Of a DNA stretch of 64,000 nucleotides, positions 50,520 through 61,516 are shown one piece after another. The notes beneath the pieces were generated by a model. It searched no databases and was not told where the DNA came from. It saw only the letters and a list, made by a program, of their open reading frames with translations. Each line of letters begins with the position of its first letter. Positions within the stretch are counted from its first letter, which is position 1. Location of the stretch: assembly GCA_038254545.1 (NCBI GenBank), contig JBBSGB010000010.1:28726-92725 (forward strand). The letters are read 5' to 3'. The stretch comes from Burkholderiales bacterium. Its GTDB lineage: Bacteria; Pseudomonadota; Gammaproteobacteria; Burkholderiales; Burkholderiaceae_D. The position numbers were made by a program, and so were the translations under genes.

Positions 50520-51245
50520 TCACAATCCGAGCGCGCGTTGTTGCGCTTCGACCAACGTGCCGATACCGCGCTTGGCGAGATCGATCAGCGCATCGAGTTG
50601 CTCGCGCGAAAACGGCTCGCCTTCGGCCGTCCCCTGGATCTCGACGATCCCACCCGAGCCGGTCATGACGAAGTTCATGTCGGTATCGCACGAGGAGTCC
50701 TCATCGTAGTCGAGGTCGAGCAAGGCGACGCCGTCCATCAATCCCGCCGACACCGCCGCCACGAAATCGCGCACCGGACTCTTCGCAATCACGCCGCGGG
50801 CAAGCAGCGATGCAATCGCATCGTGCGCGGCCACGAAGGCGCCGGTGATGCTCGCGGTGCGCGTCCCGCCGTCGGCCTGCAGCACGTCGCAGTCGAGCGT
50901 GACGGTGCGTTCGCCCAGTGCGCCCAGATCGAACACGCTGCGCATCGAACGCCCGATCAGCCGCTGTATCTCCTGCGTGCGCCCGGATTGCTTGCCGCGC
51001 GCGGCCTCGCGATCGCTGCGCGTGTGCGTGGCGCGCGGCAGCATGCCGTACTCGGCGGTCAACCAGCCCTGCCCCTTGCCCTTGAGAAACGGCGGCACGC
51101 GTTCTTCGACGCTCGCCGTGCACAGCACGCGCGTGTGACCGAACTCGACGAGCACCGAGCCTTCGGCATAGCGGGTGTACTGGCGCGTGATGCGCACGGC
51201 GCGCAGCGTATCGGCTGCGCGCCCATCGAAGCGGACAATCGTCAT
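50520..51245 (-). CDS. rph: Ribonuclease PH
   Basis: [41 protein letters not shown]...[18 protein letters not shown]... I chose ATG 51243-51245. Confidence 0.95.
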   Translation of the reverse strand: MTIVRFDGRAADTLRAVRITRQYTRYAEGSVLVEFGHTRVLCTASVEERVPPFLKGKGQGWLTAEYGMLPRATHTRSDREAARGKQSGRTQEIQRLIGRSMRSVFDLGALGERTVTLDCDVLQADGGTRTASITGAFVAAHDAIASLLARGVIAKSPVRDFVAAVSAGLMDGVALLDLDYDEDSSCDTDMNFVMTGSGGIVEIQGTAEGEPFSREQLDALIDLAKRGIGTLVEAQQRALGL

Positions 51246-51264
51246 TGTTTCCTTCGAGCGCAAG

Positions 51265-52194
51265 TCAGAGCTTGGGCATCAGCTTGTTGGACTTGCGTAT
51301 CGAGCTGCGAATATCGTCGATCGCGCGTTCGATCTCGCTGTCGGTCATGGGCGAATGCGGAACCTCGAGCTGAGTCGGCCGCAGATGATTGATGGTGGTG
51401 GTGATGGCACCCAGCGGCATCGCGATGGTCGAGACTGCCTCTGCCTCGTCGAGGTCGGCGCCTTCCCAGCTCATCGCCATGCCGGTCACGTTGTCGGCGT
51501 CGTCGCCGGCTTCCATCAGCGCGAGGTAGATCAGGTCGGGCACCGCGCGCATCACGGTGTTATCCGCGAAGGTCGATGCGATCGCCTGATCGGCCACTGC
51601 CGACCACAGACCGTCGGTGCACAGGAACAGCGAATCACCCGGCTGCAGCGTCATCTTTCGGGACAGCTCGACGGTCGGCAGTTCGGGCGAGCCGAGGCAA
51701 TTGAAGAGCTTGTTGCGATCGGGATGGCTGTCGATGTCCGCGGGCGACGCAAGGCCCTGCAGGATCATGCTCTGGATCTTCGAATGGTCGCGCGTCTGCG
51801 CGATGATCTCGCCCGCACGGATCCAGTAGAGCCGCGAATCGCCGACGTGCGCCCAGTAGGCCGCGCCGTTTTGCACGACGCATGCGACGATCGTGGTCCG
51901 CGGCGATTCGGCCAGCTTGTTGGCCGCGCGGTAATGCAGGATCTGCTGGTGCGCGTCGAGCAGGCTCGATTCAAGAAAGCGCTGCGGGCTCTTGAGCATC
52001 GGCGTGGCCTGCTGCTGGAACAGCGCGCCCACCGTCTGCACCGCGATCTGCGCGGCCATGTCGCCCTGCAGATGCCCGCCCATGCCGTCGGCGATGATCA
52101 TCAGCAGCGCGTCGCGCGTGAAGCAATAGCCCATGCGGTCCTGATTGGACTTGCGACCGCCCTTCTTGCTTTCCTGATAGATCGAAAACCGCAT
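51265..52194 (-). CDS. PP2C-family Ser/Thr protein phosphatase
   Basis: PP2C motifs are present: [35 protein letters not shown]. There is a ~60-aa C-terminal extension. Confidence 0.88.
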   Translation of the reverse strand: MRFSIYQESKKGGRKSNQDRMGYCFTRDALLMIIADGMGGHLQGDMAAQIAVQTVGALFQQQATPMLKSPQRFLESSLLDAHQQILHYRAANKLAESPRTTIVACVVQNGAAYWAHVGDSRLYWIRAGEIIAQTRDHSKIQSMILQGLASPADIDSHPDRNKLFNCLGSPELPTVELSRKMTLQPGDSLFLCTDGLWSAVADQAIASTFADNTVMRAVPDLIYLALMEAGDDADNVTGMAMSWEGADLDEAEAVSTIAMPLGAITTTINHLRPTQLEVPHSPMTDSEIERAIDDIRSSIRKSNKLMPKL

Positions 52195-52209
52195 GAGGCA
52201 CCGTGAGTA

Positions 52210-53229
52210 TTACCTGCTTTGGCGTGTGTACAAGGATATGGTGGACGAGCGGCGCATGTCACCCAGGCCGAGGCCGCGTGGCTTGAGCGCACGCAACCGA
52301 TCGAGCGCGCGATCGGTCAAGGTTTTCTTCTGTGGCGTGGGAACGCGATCGAGCAGCGCCTTCTGCAGCGCGAACACGCTCTGCGGCCGCTCGAGCGGGT
52401 CGAGCTTCAGGCACCATTCGACCACACCCAGCAACTCCTTCGAATAGCTGTGCGACAGCTCGCGTATTTTCGCACCCATCTTGTCATTGAGCAGCCGCGC
52501 ATCGGCCGGCTGCGGCGCGTGCCCTGACATCGACGCGAAGATCGAAGCGCCGATGCCGTAGATGTCGGTCCAGGGGCCGAGCTGTCCGCCCTTTTCGCAG
52601 AGCTCGGGTGCGGCGAAGCCGGGCGTGTACATCGGATAGAGCTTGTCGTTGTCGGTGGTCAGCGTGCGCCGCGCGGCGCCGAAGTCGAGCAGAATCGGCG
52701 ATGCATCGCGCCGCAGATAGAGATTGGCAGGCTTGAGATCGAGGTGCAGCAGCTTGTTGGTGTGGACCTCGCGCAGGCCGTTCATCACCTGCGTGAACAC
52801 CAGCCGGATGAAGCGTTCGCCGAGCAGTTTCTTCTCGCCGCGATCGCGATATTTTAGGATCTGTTCCTGCAGGGTGCGGCCCTGTTCGTAGAGCATCACC
52901 ATGTACACGGTCTCGTTGGCGCGAAAGAAATTCACGACGCGCACCACGTTCGGATGCAGGATGCGCGCGAGCGCGCGGCCCTCTTCGAAAAAGCATTTGA
53001 GGCCGATGCGAAAGGTCGCCAGATTCGACTCGACGATCGTCGGGACCAACTCGCCGGCGCGCCGCAACGCAAGCGAGCTCGGCAGGTACTCCTTGATGGC
53101 GACGGGCCGATCGAACTCATCGCGTGCGAGATAGACGATCGAGAACCCGCCGCTGGATATCTTCCTTACAATGCGGTAGCCCTCGACCTCGTAGCCTTCG
53201 GGCAGCGGGGCGTTCGATTGTGAAGCCAT
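52210..53229 (-). CDS. Hanks-type Ser/Thr protein kinase (soluble)
   Basis: SGGFSIVYLA (G-loop), VAIKEY, HLDLKPANLYL, LLDFGAAR and TPGFAAPE are present. It lies 15 nt upstream of the PP2C gene. Confidence 0.86.
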   Translation of the reverse strand: MASQSNAPLPEGYEVEGYRIVRKISSGGFSIVYLARDEFDRPVAIKEYLPSSLALRRAGELVPTIVESNLATFRIGLKCFFEEGRALARILHPNVVRVVNFFRANETVYMVMLYEQGRTLQEQILKYRDRGEKKLLGERFIRLVFTQVMNGLREVHTNKLLHLDLKPANLYLRRDASPILLDFGAARRTLTTDNDKLYPMYTPGFAAPELCEKGGQLGPWTDIYGIGASIFASMSGHAPQPADARLLNDKMGAKIRELSHSYSKELLGVVEWCLKLDPLERPQSVFALQKALLDRVPTPQKKTLTDRALDRLRALKPRGLGLGDMRRSSTISLYTRQSR

Positions 53230-53476
53230 ACGATCAGCGGCCGCGAGGTTGAATCATCAACATGGAAATATGGGGACGACGACACAAGGCCGTCGCATGA
53301 GGAGGCGTTTGTCGGCGAGGCCACGCAGCTTGCCGCAATGACCCGATCGACCGGAAGGAGCCCCGCAGGGCAGCGGCATTTTGTTCATTTCGTGCCTGCT
53401 TGTAAAGGAAACCCCGGTCCGCATGAGCATCGCATCGATCACATCGACCCATACAAGAGCCGACAAGACACCCCAC

Positions 53477-54418
53477 ATGACCGTTTCCAGCATGACCGGC
53501 TTCGCGCTGGCCCGCCGCGATCACCGTATCGGCGCCATCGTTCTGGAGATCCGCAGCGTCAACTCGCGTTATCTCGATCCTCAGTTTCGCATCAGCGATG
53601 AACTGCGCGCGGGCGAGGCGACGCTGCGCGAAGCGCTCGCTGCACGCATCTCGCGCGGCAAGCTCGACGTGCGCTTCTACATTCATCGCAGCACGGCCAC
53701 CAGCAAGGGCATGGCCGCGGCCGAAACCATGCTCGCGCAGATCGATGCGCTCCAACGCAGCGTGCGCGCGCGCTTGCCCGACGCCGCGCCGCTGTCGGTC
53801 AATGAAATCCTGCACTGGCCAGGCGTCCTCGAAAGCGGCGAGATCGAGCTCGACGAAATCATTGCGCTCACCCGCGAACTCGTCGCGGACGCGATCGAGC
53901 AGCTTGCCCTTGCGCGCGCGCGCGAAGGCGAGCGCCTCGCCGTGGTGATCGTCGAGCGGGTTGCGGCGATGGAGGCGATCGCCACGGCCTTGCAGCCGCT
54001 CGTCCCGAGGCTGGTCGAGGCGCATCAACAGAAGCTCGAGCAAAGACTGGCCGCGGCCTTGGGCGTGGTGTTCGATGCGAGCACCGCGGCGGGCACTGCC
54101 GGCAACGCGACAACCCCTGCGATATCGATCTCGCGCAACGAAGCCCTCGATCGCATCCGCCAGGAGATCACGCTCTACGGCACACGCATCGACGTGTCCG
54201 AGGAACTCGCCCGACTGTCGGGTCATCTGTCCGAGGTTCGCGCCATCCTCACGCGCGGCGGCGCGGTGGGCAAGCGGCTCGACTTCATGATGCAGGAGAT
54301 GAATCGCGAGGCGAACACGCTCGGATCGAAATCGGCCGCGGCCGAACTCGCCGACTCGGCCGTCGAACTCAAGCTCGCGATCGAACAGATTCGCGAGCAG
54401 GTCCAGAATCTCGAGTGA
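53477..54418 (+). CDS. yicC: YicC family stress-induced protein
   Basis: [10 protein letters not shown]...[11 protein letters not shown]..., with a C-terminal DUF1732 block [17 protein letters not shown] chose ATG 53477. Confidence 0.85.
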   Translation: MTVSSMTGFALARRDHRIGAIVLEIRSVNSRYLDPQFRISDELRAGEATLREALAARISRGKLDVRFYIHRSTATSKGMAAAETMLAQIDALQRSVRARLPDAAPLSVNEILHWPGVLESGEIELDEIIALTRELVADAIEQLALARAREGERLAVVIVERVAAMEAIATALQPLVPRLVEAHQQKLEQRLAAALGVVFDASTAAGTAGNATTPAISISRNEALDRIRQEITLYGTRIDVSEELARLSGHLSEVRAILTRGGAVGKRLDFMMQEMNREANTLGSKSAAAELADSAVELKLAIEQIREQVQNLE

Positions 54419-54429
54419 GTCCCTCCCCC

Positions 54430-55062
54430 ATGGTTTCTTCTCATCAGGGCAATCTGCTGATCGTTGCCGCGCCCTCGGGTGCCGGCAAGTCGACGCTGGT
54501 CAACGCGCTGCTCGCATCCGATTCCACCATCAAGCTGTCGATCTCGTACACCACGCGCGCGCCGCGGCCTGGTGAAGTCGATGGACGCGAATATCGCTTC
54601 GTCGACATCACGGCATTCGAGCGCATGCGTTCCGGCGGCGAGTTGATCGAGTCGGCCGAAGTGCATGGCCACTGGTACGGAACCTCGGCGCGCTGGATCG
54701 AAACGCGCATCGGCGCGGGTGACGACGTGCTTCTCGAGATCGATTGGCAAGGCGCCCAGCAGATCAAGCGGCGCTTCCCGGATGCGGTCGGGATTTTCAT
54801 CCTGCCGCCGTCGATCGAGTCGCTCGAAGCACGCCTGCGTCGCCGCGGCCAGGACGAACCGGTCGTCATCACGCGCCGACTGCTGGCTGCGGGAGGCGAG
54901 ATCGCGCATGCTCGGGAATTCGATTATGTTATTATCAATCAAGACTTTGCAGAGGCTTCCGGACATTTGAAGAGCATCGTGCAGGCGGCGCGCTTGCGCT
55001 TCGCCCTGCAGGCACTTCGACATGCCGAACTGTTCGGACAACTAGGTATCCACATCGATTGA
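54430..55062 (+). CDS. gmk: Guanylate kinase
   Basis: [22 protein letters not shown] (P-loop)...HGHWYGTS... I chose ATG 54430. GTG 54415 is possible. Confidence 0.93.
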   Translation: MVSSHQGNLLIVAAPSGAGKSTLVNALLASDSTIKLSISYTTRAPRPGEVDGREYRFVDITAFERMRSGGELIESAEVHGHWYGTSARWIETRIGAGDDVLLEIDWQGAQQIKRRFPDAVGIFILPPSIESLEARLRRRGQDEPVVITRRLLAAGGEIAHAREFDYVIINQDFAEASGHLKSIVQAARLRFALQALRHAELFGQLGIHID

Positions 55063-55129
55063 AATCGCAACTGCACAGGCTCCGCCATGTGCAGGCACGA
55101 ACGTTTGCCCCCCCTCGCCGGAGAATTGC

Positions 55130-55333
55130 ATGGCTCGTATCACCGTAGAAGATTGCCTGAAGCAGATTCCGAACCGTTTCCAGCTCACGCTGGCTGCGAC
55201 CTATCGCGCGCGCCAGCTCGCGCAGGGCCACACGCCCAAGATCGAAAGTCGCGACAAGCCGACCGTCACTGCCCTGCGTGAAATCGCAGAGGGCAAGGTC
55301 GGCATCGAGATGTTGAAGAAGGTCCCGACCTGA
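55130..55333 (+). CDS. rpoZ: DNA-directed RNA polymerase omega subunit
   Basis: [30 protein letters not shown]... 67 aa, with a GGAGAA RBS. Confidence 0.96.
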   Translation: MARITVEDCLKQIPNRFQLTLAATYRARQLAQGHTPKIESRDKPTVTALREIAEGKVGIEMLKKVPT

Positions 55334-55400
55334 AGCGACTCGCCTGCCGATCTGCATGAATCGGCAAGCGTGACCAGTCGCGCATACCTACCGCCTCGAG

Positions 55401-57722
55401 ATGAGCCTCTCCACTGCTCTCGATTCGGTCGCGCGGCTGATCAATTTCAGGCGCAGGCGCGAAGGATTTTCCGCCGCCGACGTCGCTGAACTCGACGGGT
55501 CCGGCATGGGGTCAGGCTCCCATCTGGAGCAGTCCCCGCTGGTCATCGCGCACCTGCCGCCCACGTCTGCGAAACCTTCGCGGGTCGTCAGCCTTGCTCC
55601 GCTGACCGAAATGCTTTCGGCGTATCTGGCCGAGGCGGACATCAAGCGCATCAAGGATGCGTATCGCTTTTCCGACGACGCGCACCTCGGGCAATTCCGT
55701 TCGAGCGGCGACGCGTACATCTCGCACCCGATCGCGGTCGCCGAGATCTGCGCGGGCATGAAGCTCGACGCCAATGCGATCATGGCCGCGCTGTTGCACG
55801 ACGTGATCGAGGACAAGGGCGTCGCGAAAGAGGTTCTCCTCGAACGCTTCGGCCCGCAGGTGGCCGATCTGGTCGACGGCCTCTCCAAGCTCGATCGGCT
55901 CCAGTTTCGCGACAGCCAGGAAGCGCAGGCCGAGAACTTCCGCAAGATGCTGCTCGCGATGGCGCGCGACGTGCGCGTCATCCTCATCAAGCTCGCCGAC
56001 CGCCTGCACAACATGCGTACGCTCGGCGCGCTCTCACCCGACAAGCGCCGGCGCATCGCGCGCGAGACGCTCGATATCTATACGCCGATCGCGCACCGCC
56101 TGGGCCTGAACACGATCTATCGGGACCTGCAGGACCTGTCGTTCATGCACCTCTATCCGCGGCGCTTCGCGGTGCTCAGGAAAGCGATCCTGGGGGCGCG
56201 CGGCAATCGGCGCGAGGTCGTCGGCAAGACGCTCGAAGCGGTGCGCGGCGCACTGCCCGCCGCGGGCATCCGCGCCGAGGTCTATGGGCGCGAGAAGACC
56301 ATGTACGGCGTCTATCGCAAGATGAGCGAGAAGAAGCTGTCGTTCTCGCAGGTGCTCGACGTCTATGGTTTCCGCGTGGTGGTGCCCGATCACGCGTCGT
56401 GCTACCTGACCCTGGGCGCACTGCACGCGTTGTTCAAGCCGGTCGCGTCGAAGTTCAAGGACTACATCGCGATCCCCAAGGTCAACGGCTATCAGTCGCT
56501 GCACACGACCGTGCTCGGACCGTTCGGCACGCCGGTCGAATTCCAGATCCGCACGCAGGACATGCATAGAGTCGCCGAGTCGGGCGTCGCCGCGCACTGG
56601 CTCTACAAGAACAGCAACGAGTTGTCCGACGCGCAGCCGCATGCGCATCAATGGCTGCAATCGCTGCTCGACATCCAGAACCAGACCGGCGACGCCGCCG
56701 AGTTTCTCGAGCACATCAAGGTCGATCTCTTCCCCGAGACCGTCTACGTGTTCACGCCGATGTCCAAGATCATCACCTTGCCGCGCGGCTCGACGCCGGT
56801 GGACTTCGCCTATCAGATTCATACCGACATCGGCAATGCGTGCATCGCCGCGCGCATCAACGGTGAGCTCTCGCCACTGCGTACCGAACTGCAATCAGGT
56901 GATGTGGTCGAGGTCGTCACGTCGGACGAGTCGAGACCGAATCCCAACTGGCTCAACTTCGTGCGTACCGGTCGCGCGCGCTCCGAGATTCGGCATTACC
57001 TGAAGACCATGAAGTACGAGGAGTCGGTCGATCTCGGGCGGCGACTTCTCGACCAGTCCTTGCAGCAGATCGATCGGAGCTACGACGACCTGATCGATGC
57101 GGAATGGCAAAGAGTCGAGTACGAGAGCGGCGCAAAGAGTCGCGACGAGCTGCTTGCCGATATCGGTCTGGGTCGCCGGCTTGCGGGCGTGGTCGCGCGT
57201 CGGCTCGTGCTCGCGTCGGCCGCTCATGAAGGCGACGGGGCGGCGTCGGGCAAGAAGCCGGTGATGCCGGTCGTGATCAGCGGCGCCGATGGCGTGTCGG
57301 TCACGCTCGCGCGCTGCTGTCGTCCGATTCCCGGCGACTCGATCTTCGGCCACATCCAGCGGGGTCATGGGCTGGTGGTCCACACCACCGATTGCCCGAC
57401 CGCATCCCGCCAGAAGTTACGCGATCCCGATCGATGGATCGACGCGCAGTGGGAGAAGGCCGACGCAGCCGACGGCACGCGCTTGTTCAACCTCAAGCTC
57501 GACTTGTCGTTGAAGAACGAGCGCGGCGTACTCGCGCGCGCCGCCGTCGAGATCTCGGAGGCCGGCGCCAATCTCGCGCACGTGTCGATGGACGACGAGG
57601 CCGAAGAGATCACGCTGATTCACCTGATGATCCAGGTGACCGATCGCGCGCACCTCGCGCGCGTGATGCGCCGTTTGCGGCGCCTGCCTGAAACGGTGCG
57701 CGTCGCGCGCGTCAAGAGTTAG
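55401..57722 (+). CDS. spoT: Bifunctional (p)ppGpp synthetase/hydrolase SpoT
   Basis: The HD hydrolase domain is intact (YISHPIAVAEI...ALLHDVIEDKG). A synthetase domain (YRDLQD...GYQSLHTTV) and TGS and ACT regions follow. The rpoZ-spoT linkage is present. Confidence 0.93.
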   Translation: MSLSTALDSVARLINFRRRREGFSAADVAELDGSGMGSGSHLEQSPLVIAHLPPTSAKPSRVVSLAPLTEMLSAYLAEADIKRIKDAYRFSDDAHLGQFRSSGDAYISHPIAVAEICAGMKLDANAIMAALLHDVIEDKGVAKEVLLERFGPQVADLVDGLSKLDRLQFRDSQEAQAENFRKMLLAMARDVRVILIKLADRLHNMRTLGALSPDKRRRIARETLDIYTPIAHRLGLNTIYRDLQDLSFMHLYPRRFAVLRKAILGARGNRREVVGKTLEAVRGALPAAGIRAEVYGREKTMYGVYRKMSEKKLSFSQVLDVYGFRVVVPDHASCYLTLGALHALFKPVASKFKDYIAIPKVNGYQSLHTTVLGPFGTPVEFQIRTQDMHRVAESGVAAHWLYKNSNELSDAQPHAHQWLQSLLDIQNQTGDAAEFLEHIKVDLFPETVYVFTPMSKIITLPRGSTPVDFAYQIHTDIGNACIAARINGELSPLRTELQSGDVVEVVTSDESRPNPNWLNFVRTGRARSEIRHYLKTMKYEESVDLGRRLLDQSLQQIDRSYDDLIDAEWQRVEYESGAKSRDELLADIGLGRRLAGVVARRLVLASAAHEGDGAASGKKPVMPVVISGADGVSVTLARCCRPIPGDSIFGHIQRGHGLVVHTTDCPTASRQKLRDPDRWIDAQWEKADAADGTRLFNLKLDLSLKNERGVLARAAVEISEAGANLAHVSMDDEAEEITLIHLMIQVTDRAHLARVMRRLRRLPETVRVARVKS

Positions 57723-57758
57723 AACTGCGATTGGAACTGTCAGCCGGCGCTGGCCCGA

Positions 57759-58331
57759 CTAGGCCCGCTCGGGCGCTGGATAGCGCACTGCGACGATCTC
57801 GATCTCTTCCGCGCCACCCGGTGTCTTCAGCGTGACGATGTCGCCTTCGCGCGCCTTGAGCAGGCCGCGGGCAATCGGAGCCACCCAGCTGACCTTGCCG
57901 GCCAGCGGTTCGGCCTCATCGACGCCGACGATGGTGATGGTGCGCGAGTCTTTTCCATCGACGATGTAATCGACGGTAGCACCGAAGAAGATCTGATCGG
58001 ACCCCGAGTGCTGCGAAGCGTCCACGACTTCCGCGATATCGAGGCGGCGCGTCAGGAAGCGTATGCGTCGATCGATCTCGCGCAGGCGCTTCTTGCCGTA
58101 GATGTAGTCGCCGTTCTCGGAACGGTCGCCGTTCGACGCGGCCCATGAGACGGTGCGAACCACTTCGGGTCGATCGACATCGAGTAGCTGCAGCAGCTCG
58201 CCCTTCAAGCGTCGATAGCCCGCCGGCGAGATGTAGTTCTTCACGCCCGCAGGCAGCGGCGATGCGACGTCGCCGTCCACCTCGTCGTCGTCGTTTTCGC
58301 TTTCCTTGACGAAGGCCTTGTTCAAGGTCAT
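57759..58331 (-). CDS. greB: Transcription elongation factor GreB
   Basis: ...NYISPAGYRRLKGELLQLL...WAASNGDRSENGDYIYGKKRLREIDRRIRFL... closely follows the E. coli GreB pattern. There is an acidic N-terminal extension of about 30 aa. I chose ATG 58329-58331; GTG 58346 is possible. Confidence 0.88.
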   Translation of the reverse strand: MTLNKAFVKESENDDDEVDGDVASPLPAGVKNYISPAGYRRLKGELLQLLDVDRPEVVRTVSWAASNGDRSENGDYIYGKKRLREIDRRIRFLTRRLDIAEVVDASQHSGSDQIFFGATVDYIVDGKDSRTITIVGVDEAEPLAGKVSWVAPIARGLLKAREGDIVTLKTPGGAEEIEIVAVRYPAPERA

Positions 58332-58355
58332 AGCCTCGTGGGTCACAGCCCTTGT

Positions 58356-58895
58356 TCAGAGCCAGTTCGACCGACCGCGCGGCTTGCGCGTGAGATAGGC
58401 CAGCGACAACACCGTCAACACGACGAACCACAACAGCGACCATTCGGCGATCGACAAGCCCAGCAGCGTCCAATCGACTTTCGCGCAATCGCCGGTCGCA
58501 CGCAAGGCGCGCTCGATCACTGCTAAGAACGGGGACTGCTGCAATTGAAAGAAGAGATCGGCCGTGCATGCCTGGTGCTCGGGCGGATGCCATTGCAGCC
58601 ACACGTGCCGCACCGCGAAGCTCGCACCGGCGATCGCCGCTGCCGTCGCGAGCACGCCATAGACACGTACGCCGACACCCGATGGCTTGTGTATGGCCGC
58701 GACCAGGAACACGAGACCGAGGCCGATGAACCACAGGCGCTGGATCATGCACAGCGGACAGGGCTCCAGGCCTTTCGCATATTGAAGATAGAGCGCGAAG
58801 CCGATCAGCCCCGCACAAACAAGAAAGCCCGCCAAGGCGAGCTTTCCAGGAGTATCGACGCGTCTTCCATGCATCGTCGCAAGACCTTCCCGCAT
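58356..58895 (-). CDS. dsbB: Disulfide bond formation protein B
   Basis: Four TM helices with the CPLC redox pair (LEPCPLCMIQR) and a second Cys pair region (HQACTAD...GDCAKVDW). The start is ATG 58895 or ATG 58874. Confidence 0.85.
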   Translation of the reverse strand: MREGLATMHGRRVDTPGKLALAGFLVCAGLIGFALYLQYAKGLEPCPLCMIQRLWFIGLGLVFLVAAIHKPSGVGVRVYGVLATAAAIAGASFAVRHVWLQWHPPEHQACTADLFFQLQQSPFLAVIERALRATGDCAKVDWTLLGLSIAEWSLLWFVVLTVLSLAYLTRKPRGRSNWL

Positions 58896-59020
58896 TGATC
58901 AGTTCGTTTTCGAAAGCCCTTGCATCGAGTCGAGAGCGTGATGCGCAGACCAAGCCTGGAAGCGAAGTATAGCCGCTGAGTAATTCGCGCCTCTCCAGGA
59001 TTTGCGCCCGCGTTGTCGCG

Positions 59021-59503
59021 TCAACTCTGTATCCACGGCAAGCCGGCCTTGCGCCAGCCGCTCTTCTCGCCGCGATGCTTGCCTTCATCGAGGTCGCCCT
59101 CGAAACCTTCCAGAATATTGAATGCGTGACGATGTCCCGCGGCTGTCGCTGCCGCCGCGGCCGCATGCGAACGCACGCCGCTGCGACAGAGAAACAGCAG
59201 GTGCTCGCGCTTGTCGGGCAGCGCTTCGAGTCGCTCGAGGAAATGCGGATCGGGCTCCGCCGCGCCGAGCGCCCTCCACTCGATCAACGGTGTTTCCGGA
59301 ATGCGGCCGACATATTCGGCTTCGAAGCGCGTGCGCACGTCGACGATCGTCGCAACGCCTGCCTGCATCAGCGCATGGGCCTCGCTGGGCGTGACCAATC
59401 CCGCATAGGGAACCGCCTTCTGCTTCGCGCGCACGGCAGCGCGTTCGAGGATGGACGAGGTTGTGTCGGCGTCCCGCTCCTGATCGCTGCGATCGTTCGT
59501 CAT
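59021..59503 (-). CDS. Single-domain rhodanese (sulfurtransferase)
   Basis: Rhodanese fold with active-site loop CRSGVRS ([15 protein letters not shown]). ATG 59501-59503 overlaps the cysA TGA (ATGA). Confidence 0.8.
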   Translation of the reverse strand: MTNDRSDQERDADTTSSILERAAVRAKQKAVPYAGLVTPSEAHALMQAGVATIVDVRTRFEAEYVGRIPETPLIEWRALGAAEPDPHFLERLEALPDKREHLLFLCRSGVRSHAAAAAATAAGHRHAFNILEGFEGDLDEGKHRGEKSGWRKAGLPWIQS

Positions 59504-60591
59504 GCCAACTCCTTTGCAGCCGCATCTTCGATGAAGACCCGCGCCCGGCGTGCAGCCAGATGAACGTTCGATCCCACGGTCACGTCGAGTTCATCGAAAC
59601 GCTCACGCGGCAACTCGACTTCGAGGAACCCATGCTCCGATCCATCGTGCGCGAGGTCGATCATTTCGAGTCGCACCGTCGAGCCGAGTTTCACCATGTG
59701 TTCGACGCGCGCGGAGAACGCCGCGTGCGCCCGATCATCGACGATTTCCAGATCGTGCGGGCGGATATACGCGGTGCCGTTTGCATCGCTTACGGCGGCG
59801 TGTTCGGGCGCCGCGAGGCGCGAGCGGCCGATCGTCGCGACACCGCGGTCGACGCGGCTCCGGACGCGATTGGCGTGCCCGAGAAAGCCGTACACGAACG
59901 GCGTGGCGGGATGATCGTAGACCTCGTCGGGGACGCCGATCTGCTCGATCTTTCCATGATCGAACACCACCACCCGGTCCGACACTTCCAGCGCTTCCTC
60001 CTGATCGTGCGTAACGAACACGCTGGTCAGCTGGATCTCGTCGTGAAGACGCCGCAGCCAGCGGCGCAGGTCCTTTCTCACCTTCGCGTCGAGCGCACCG
60101 AAGGGTTCATCGAGCAGCAGCACCTTGGGTTCGATCGCCAGCGCGCGCGCGAGCGCGATGCGCTGGCGTTGGCCGCCCGAGAGCTGGTGCGGATAACGAT
60201 CGCCGAGCCAGTCGAGCTGCACCAGGTTGAGCAGGCCGTGGACCTTCTCGCGAATCACGGCCTCGCTCGGGCGCTCCTTCTTCGACTTCACGCGCAAGCC
60301 GAACGCGACGTTCTCGAACACCGTCATGTGCCGGAACAGCGCGTAGTGCTGGAACACGAAGCCGACCGCACGCTCGCGCACGTCCTTGTCGGTGGCGTCC
60401 TCGGCGTCGAGAAACACGCGGCCTTCGTCGGGCACTTCCAGGCCCGCAATGACGCGCAGGAGCGTGGTCTTGCCCGAGCCCGAGGGTCCGAGCAACGCGA
60501 CCAGTTCGCCGGGCGCTATCGTGAGGTCGACGTTCTCGAGCGCGACGAAATCGTTGAAGCGCTTCGAGACGTTTTCAATCTTGATGCTCAT
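59500..60591 (-). CDS. cysA: Sulfate/thiosulfate ABC transporter ATP-binding protein
   Basis: Walker [10 protein letters not shown], signature LSGGQRQR, Walker B LLLDEPF, and a C-terminal regulatory (TOBE-like) domain. 363 aa. Confidence 0.93.
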   Translation of the reverse strand: MSIKIENVSKRFNDFVALENVDLTIAPGELVALLGPSGSGKTTLLRVIAGLEVPDEGRVFLDAEDATDKDVRERAVGFVFQHYALFRHMTVFENVAFGLRVKSKKERPSEAVIREKVHGLLNLVQLDWLGDRYPHQLSGGQRQRIALARALAIEPKVLLLDEPFGALDAKVRKDLRRWLRRLHDEIQLTSVFVTHDQEEALEVSDRVVVFDHGKIEQIGVPDEVYDHPATPFVYGFLGHANRVRSRVDRGVATIGRSRLAAPEHAAVSDANGTAYIRPHDLEIVDDRAHAAFSARVEHMVKLGSTVRLEMIDLAHDGSEHGFLEVELPRERFDELDVTVGSNVHLAARRARVFIEDAAAKELA

Positions 60592-60601
60592 TTCAATTCC
60601 A

Positions 60602-61516
60602 TCATCGTGTTTCCTTTAGATAGCGACGCTCGACAACGGTCTTGATCACCAGTGTGACTAGTGCGAGCAACGCGAGCAGCGACGCGCACGCGAACGCCGC
60701 CGCGAAATTGTATTCGTTGTAGAGGATCTCCACGTGCAGCGGCAAGGTATTGGTGGTGCCGCGGATGTGGCCTGACACCACCGACACCGCGCCGAACTCG
60801 CCCATCGCGCGTGCGTTGCAGAGGATCACGCCGTAGAGCACGCCCCACTTCACGTTCGGCAGGGTCACGCGCCAGAACGTCTGCCAGCCCGATGCCCCCA
60901 GCACGACCGCAGCTTCTTCCTCTTCGCGCCCCTGCGCCTGCATCAAGGGAATCAGCTCGCGCGCGACGAAGGGAAACGTGACGAAGATGGTCGCCAGCAC
61001 GATCCCTGGCACGGCGAAAATGATCTTCACGTCGTGTGCCGAAAGCCACGGCCCGAGCCAGCCTTGCAAACCGAAGATCAGCACATACACCAGCCCCGAT
61101 ACCACCGGCGACACCGAGAACGGCAGGTCGATCAGCGTGATCAGGATGGCCTTGCCGCGAAAGTCGAACTTCGCGATCGCCCACGCCGCGCTGACGCCGA
61201 AGATCAGGTTCGCAGGGACGGCGATGGCGGCGGCCGTGAACGTGAGACGGATCGCCGACAACGCGTCGGGCTCGGCGATAGCAGCGAAGTAGTGGGCGGC
61301 GCCCTTCCTGAACGCTTCGACGAAGACCGCGGCGAGGGGCACCAGCAAGGCGACCGCAACGTAGGCCAGCGCTAGCGCGATCAGTGCGATCGGCATCCAT
61401 GCGATGCGGCCCGAAGGCGGACGCGTGGTCCGCCGGGCGACTCGCGTGCGCAAGCCTGCACCCACTTCACTCGGCGCGAGACTCTTTCCATCGAGCTTGT
61501 CGAGGACGTCCGACAT
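60602..61516 (-). CDS. cysW: Sulfate ABC transporter permease CysW
   Basis: 304 aa from ATG 61514-61516, with the EAA-type loop [21 protein letters not shown]. The track ORF (to 62656) is out-of-frame read-through. The start overlaps the cysT stop by 1 nt (TGATG). Confidence 0.92.
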   Translation of the reverse strand: MSDVLDKLDGKSLAPSEVGAGLRTRVARRTTRPPSGRIAWMPIALIALALAYVAVALLVPLAAVFVEAFRKGAAHYFAAIAEPDALSAIRLTFTAAAIAVPANLIFGVSAAWAIAKFDFRGKAILITLIDLPFSVSPVVSGLVYVLIFGLQGWLGPWLSAHDVKIIFAVPGIVLATIFVTFPFVARELIPLMQAQGREEEEAAVVLGASGWQTFWRVTLPNVKWGVLYGVILCNARAMGEFGAVSVVSGHIRGTTNTLPLHVEILYNEYNFAAAFACASLLALLALVTLVIKTVVERRYLKETR

